A DNA stretch of 64,000 bases from Vicugna vicugna (Eukaryota), in assembly GCA_013265495.1 (NCBI GenBank), contig MU058836.1, positions 558,001 through 622,000 on the forward strand. The letters run 5' to 3'. The translations under genes and the position numbers were made by a program. Below, piece after piece: positions 61,340-64,000 of the stretch (position 1 is its first letter; each line of letters opens with the position of its first letter). The notes under the pieces are model-generated. The model worked only from the letters and a program-made list of their open reading frames with translations. It had not been told where the DNA came from and did no database searches.

Positions 61340-62480
61340 CTGCTTCAGGACATCTCTTCCTCTTTGAAAGGTCGGACTTACACTGAGTTAAAATCTGCTT
61401 TCCCATAATTTCCATCCTTTGGTCCTAGTTTGGCTTCTGGAATCACAGATCAAATTTGGACCTTCTTCCCTAAAACTGTCTTTGGACTCAGCTGGCTAAA
61501 TAAGAATTCCACTTCATTTTTCTAATTTGTCCATAAAAATAGCATGAGGCATTTCCTCAGATTGCTGAAATCAACACACACTGCTTGTCTCTACACTATT
61601 ATTCTATTAAAACTGCCACCATCCCTGACCCTTGCAAAATGTGGAGAGGGTCTAGTTATATTAGTGGTCACAAACCAGACATTAATGATCATCAATTTTT
61701 GTATATAGGTGCTCAAGAACTATTTGTTTTATTTTACAATCTATCCTGAAGTTTTCCACAAGATCACCAGGTTGGCCGCCCAAGTTCAACTGTACTAGAA
61801 AACCACCTCTGGAATCTCAAAGAACCACCATCAGTTGAAGGAAGAGCATGAGCTACTGTGTGTCCTTGGCCGCACCAAGCCAGATCTATCCTGCATGACC
61901 TTTGTGTTTGCTGGTCCTTCTCATGACATGCTCTTTGCATGGCTGGTTCTTTCTCATCACTCGAATTTCAGCTCAAATATCCCCTCCCCCACCCTCACCC
62001 CCAGGAGGCTTTCCCTGACCACCTGATCAAGGTTCACTCCGCCCCCAGCACTTTCCCATTGCTTATTTCATTGTTTGTGCAGCATTTAAAACCTCTCTGA
62101 CATGATTTTGTTCCTTTGTCTGCTTACTGTAAAGTATAAGCCTCCAGAGAGGAGGGCTGTTGCCTTGTTCCAGGTTGTGTTCCCGGCAACAAGAATGCCG
62201 CCAGCACAGAGACTGTGCCCTCTGAGCTGAATGAATGCATGAATGGTCACTGCCCAGCCTCCAACCTTGTCAGCTTTCACAAACCCCAGGATGACGCCGT
62301 TGCTTTCTCCCAAGGTTTCTGTCACATTCACTTTGCCAAGCAATTTTTCCTAGTTGGTCAGAATTAGGTCCAGAACAGAAGTTCCCCAAGCCTCTTCCAC
62401 TTCTGGCTGAAAGATGAAATTATCAGCCAAGTCGAGCAAGGCAAAATGGATCAGATGCCCTGAGCGAGCAAGCTGAAGGG
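61340..62480 (-). mobile_element. Ancient L3/CR1 LINE, fragmented (EN, RT and 3' pieces)
   Basis: EN 'LADNFIFQPEVEEAWGTSVLDLILTN*EKLLGKVNVTETLGESNGVILGF' (62275-62435); RT 'VCVDFSN...HAIFMDK' (~61525-61580); L3 3' sequence ~61375-61480. Confidence 0.8.
61860..62243 (+). mobile_element. L2 3' end inserted into the L3/CR1
   Basis: 'gacctttgtgtttgctggtccttctc...cagctcaaatatcccctcc...ggctttccctgaccacc...tgaatgaatgcatgaatg'. Confidence 0.75.
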
Positions 62481-63560
62481 AGCTCCCAGCAGTCACTGCC
62501 CCCTCACTGTTCTTCCCGTGGGGGGGTCTCATCCCCCAGCAGTCTCCTACCCTCATACATGCTCCCCGGCCTCAAGGAGAGGCTGGATCTGCTCCAGCGT
62601 TGTCAGAGCAACTCACCATGACTGACCTCTTTCTCTTGCTTGACTCTGTCTGGTTCGTGACGTCCTGCTCTGAAGACTGACACATTAGACCGGACTCTGA
62701 TAGCAGATCTAACCATGGAGTTACAGTCAATGTATATCATCGGTTGCATGGGTCAGAAACCACTCCAACTACACAAAATAAGAGGAAGAGCAATTGGAAG
62801 TCAACAGGGAGCTTTATGGAAGCCAAGGGTAGAAGGCAAGCTGTTGTCCCTGTCTCTGTCCTTCCCCATCTTTCTGGGCCACGTGCTCTTTCCTCCCTCC
62901 CTCTGTCTGCCAGTCTGAGTCACTCTTGCCTTTGCCTAACAGCTGGCTTCCTCTCCTTGATCGTGGTTTATGTGCGTTCCCAAAACTCTGACTTACACGT
63001 GCTGTGGTTTTCCCTTTGTTGTGTTGCAAACTTCATTTCAAGTCTGTATGACCTTTCAGCTCAAATACTCGCCCCTGAATGACTACAGCCTCTGGCCTGT
63101 TGGTTCAATTACTCAACAGAAAACATCTGAAAGGCCATGAGCCCGCCAATGAATTGTCTTGTTACTTGAGGTTTTTAATCTTTGCTTCAATCAGGTGTGT
63201 GTTGAGAGGGATGGTTCATCACGTGGTTCACAGGGATGCTCCTCCCAAGGGTGGTCAGTGGGATTTCCTAAGAAGGGGGTGTAGGAAAGGGAAATATCTC
63301 AAAACATTCTAAAATGCAGAGCATAATAGCCTACCCAAAGTGACTGCTCCTTGCTTAGCCTGCTTTGTCTCTCTGATGGACACTTTGTTTTAAACTTTGA
63401 ACCATCCTAGTCCTGAAACTCCCTCCCCTGCAAAAAGAGGGGCCCATCTCTGCAGCAGTTCTCAGCATTTGTTCTGCTATTAATGCTGGACTTCTGATAC
63501 CTCTAGCATCAGCCAAACACAGCCAAACATACTGGGTGCTGACACCCACTGCACTGGATG

Positions 63561-63762
63561 CAGTTGGTCTCAAGCACAGATGGCACTACCGCCACGAAGG
63601 GTGTTTAGAGAGGTATTAGAGTGACTTCCGGTTGACCCAGTGGCTGGACATAGCTGCTGCCCTCGTGGACAGAAGCCAGAAATCTTAACTTCCTGCACCA
63701 TTCAGGACAGTCCCTCCCAACATGTCCTATCAAAATGCCAGCAGTGCCTCTATTGAGAAACA
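63561..63762. mobile_element. MER20-like hAT-Charlie element
   Basis: ends 'cagttggtctcaa' and 'caaaatgccagcagtgcctctattgagaaacac'. Confidence 0.6.
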
Positions 63763-64000
63763 CAAGGAGACTGACAAATCCACCCAATCAATCATCCACG
63801 TATATGTTCAGCATCCTTACTGCCAGCTACTATGCTAGTCTGGGAATACAAAGACAAGTATATGATAGATTATTTATATATGATAAATATATATGATAAC
63901 AATAAACATAAGCCTTGTTCTGGAGGCTCTCAAGCCTAAAGAGGGTTTCATTATAGTCATATGAAAATAATGCTACACATGAAAATAAAGTGGGGGAGGG

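Noticed and set aside
1..64000. CRISPR arrays, operons, prokaryotic or viral systems, ERV internal genes, NUMT
   Set aside because: No regularly spaced repeat-spacer structure, long ORFs, gag/pol/env motifs or mitochondrial-like sequence seen; LTRs present appear to be solo MaLR LTRs

Overview
Mammalian, gene-poor (intergenic or deep intronic) DNA. It is most likely camelid (alpaca/llama/camel), inferred from short tRNA-derived SINEs starting GGGGAGGGTATAGCTCAGTGGTAGAGC-like and from the young L1 3' ends. I recognise no host protein-coding gene, RNA gene or CpG-island promoter. The supplied ORFs are chance ORFs or decayed transposon frames (L1 ORF2, L2 RT, CR1/L3 endonuclease, Charlie1 hAT). 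Much of the window is layered interspersed repeat: L1 of several ages, L2, MIR, CR1/L3, MaLR LTRs, hAT/MER DNA transposons and SINEs. Repeat family and subfamily names are from visual recall of consensus sequences, and most boundaries are approximate. The most notable items are: (1) a ~350-bp mini-L1 joining the L1 5' terminus directly to the L1 3' terminus, with tail and TSD (51278-51631); (2) a collinear, collapsed CR1/L3 skeleton that keeps a readable endonuclease segment (61.3-62.5 kb); (3) a three-element L1 composite with a probable insertion-associated deletion (9.7-13.9 kb); (4) several repeat-free, homeodomain-motif-rich blocks that look like enhancers, plus one strong CTCF motif; (5) weak candidate non-coding exons. 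I found no convincing new biological system beyond these candidates.
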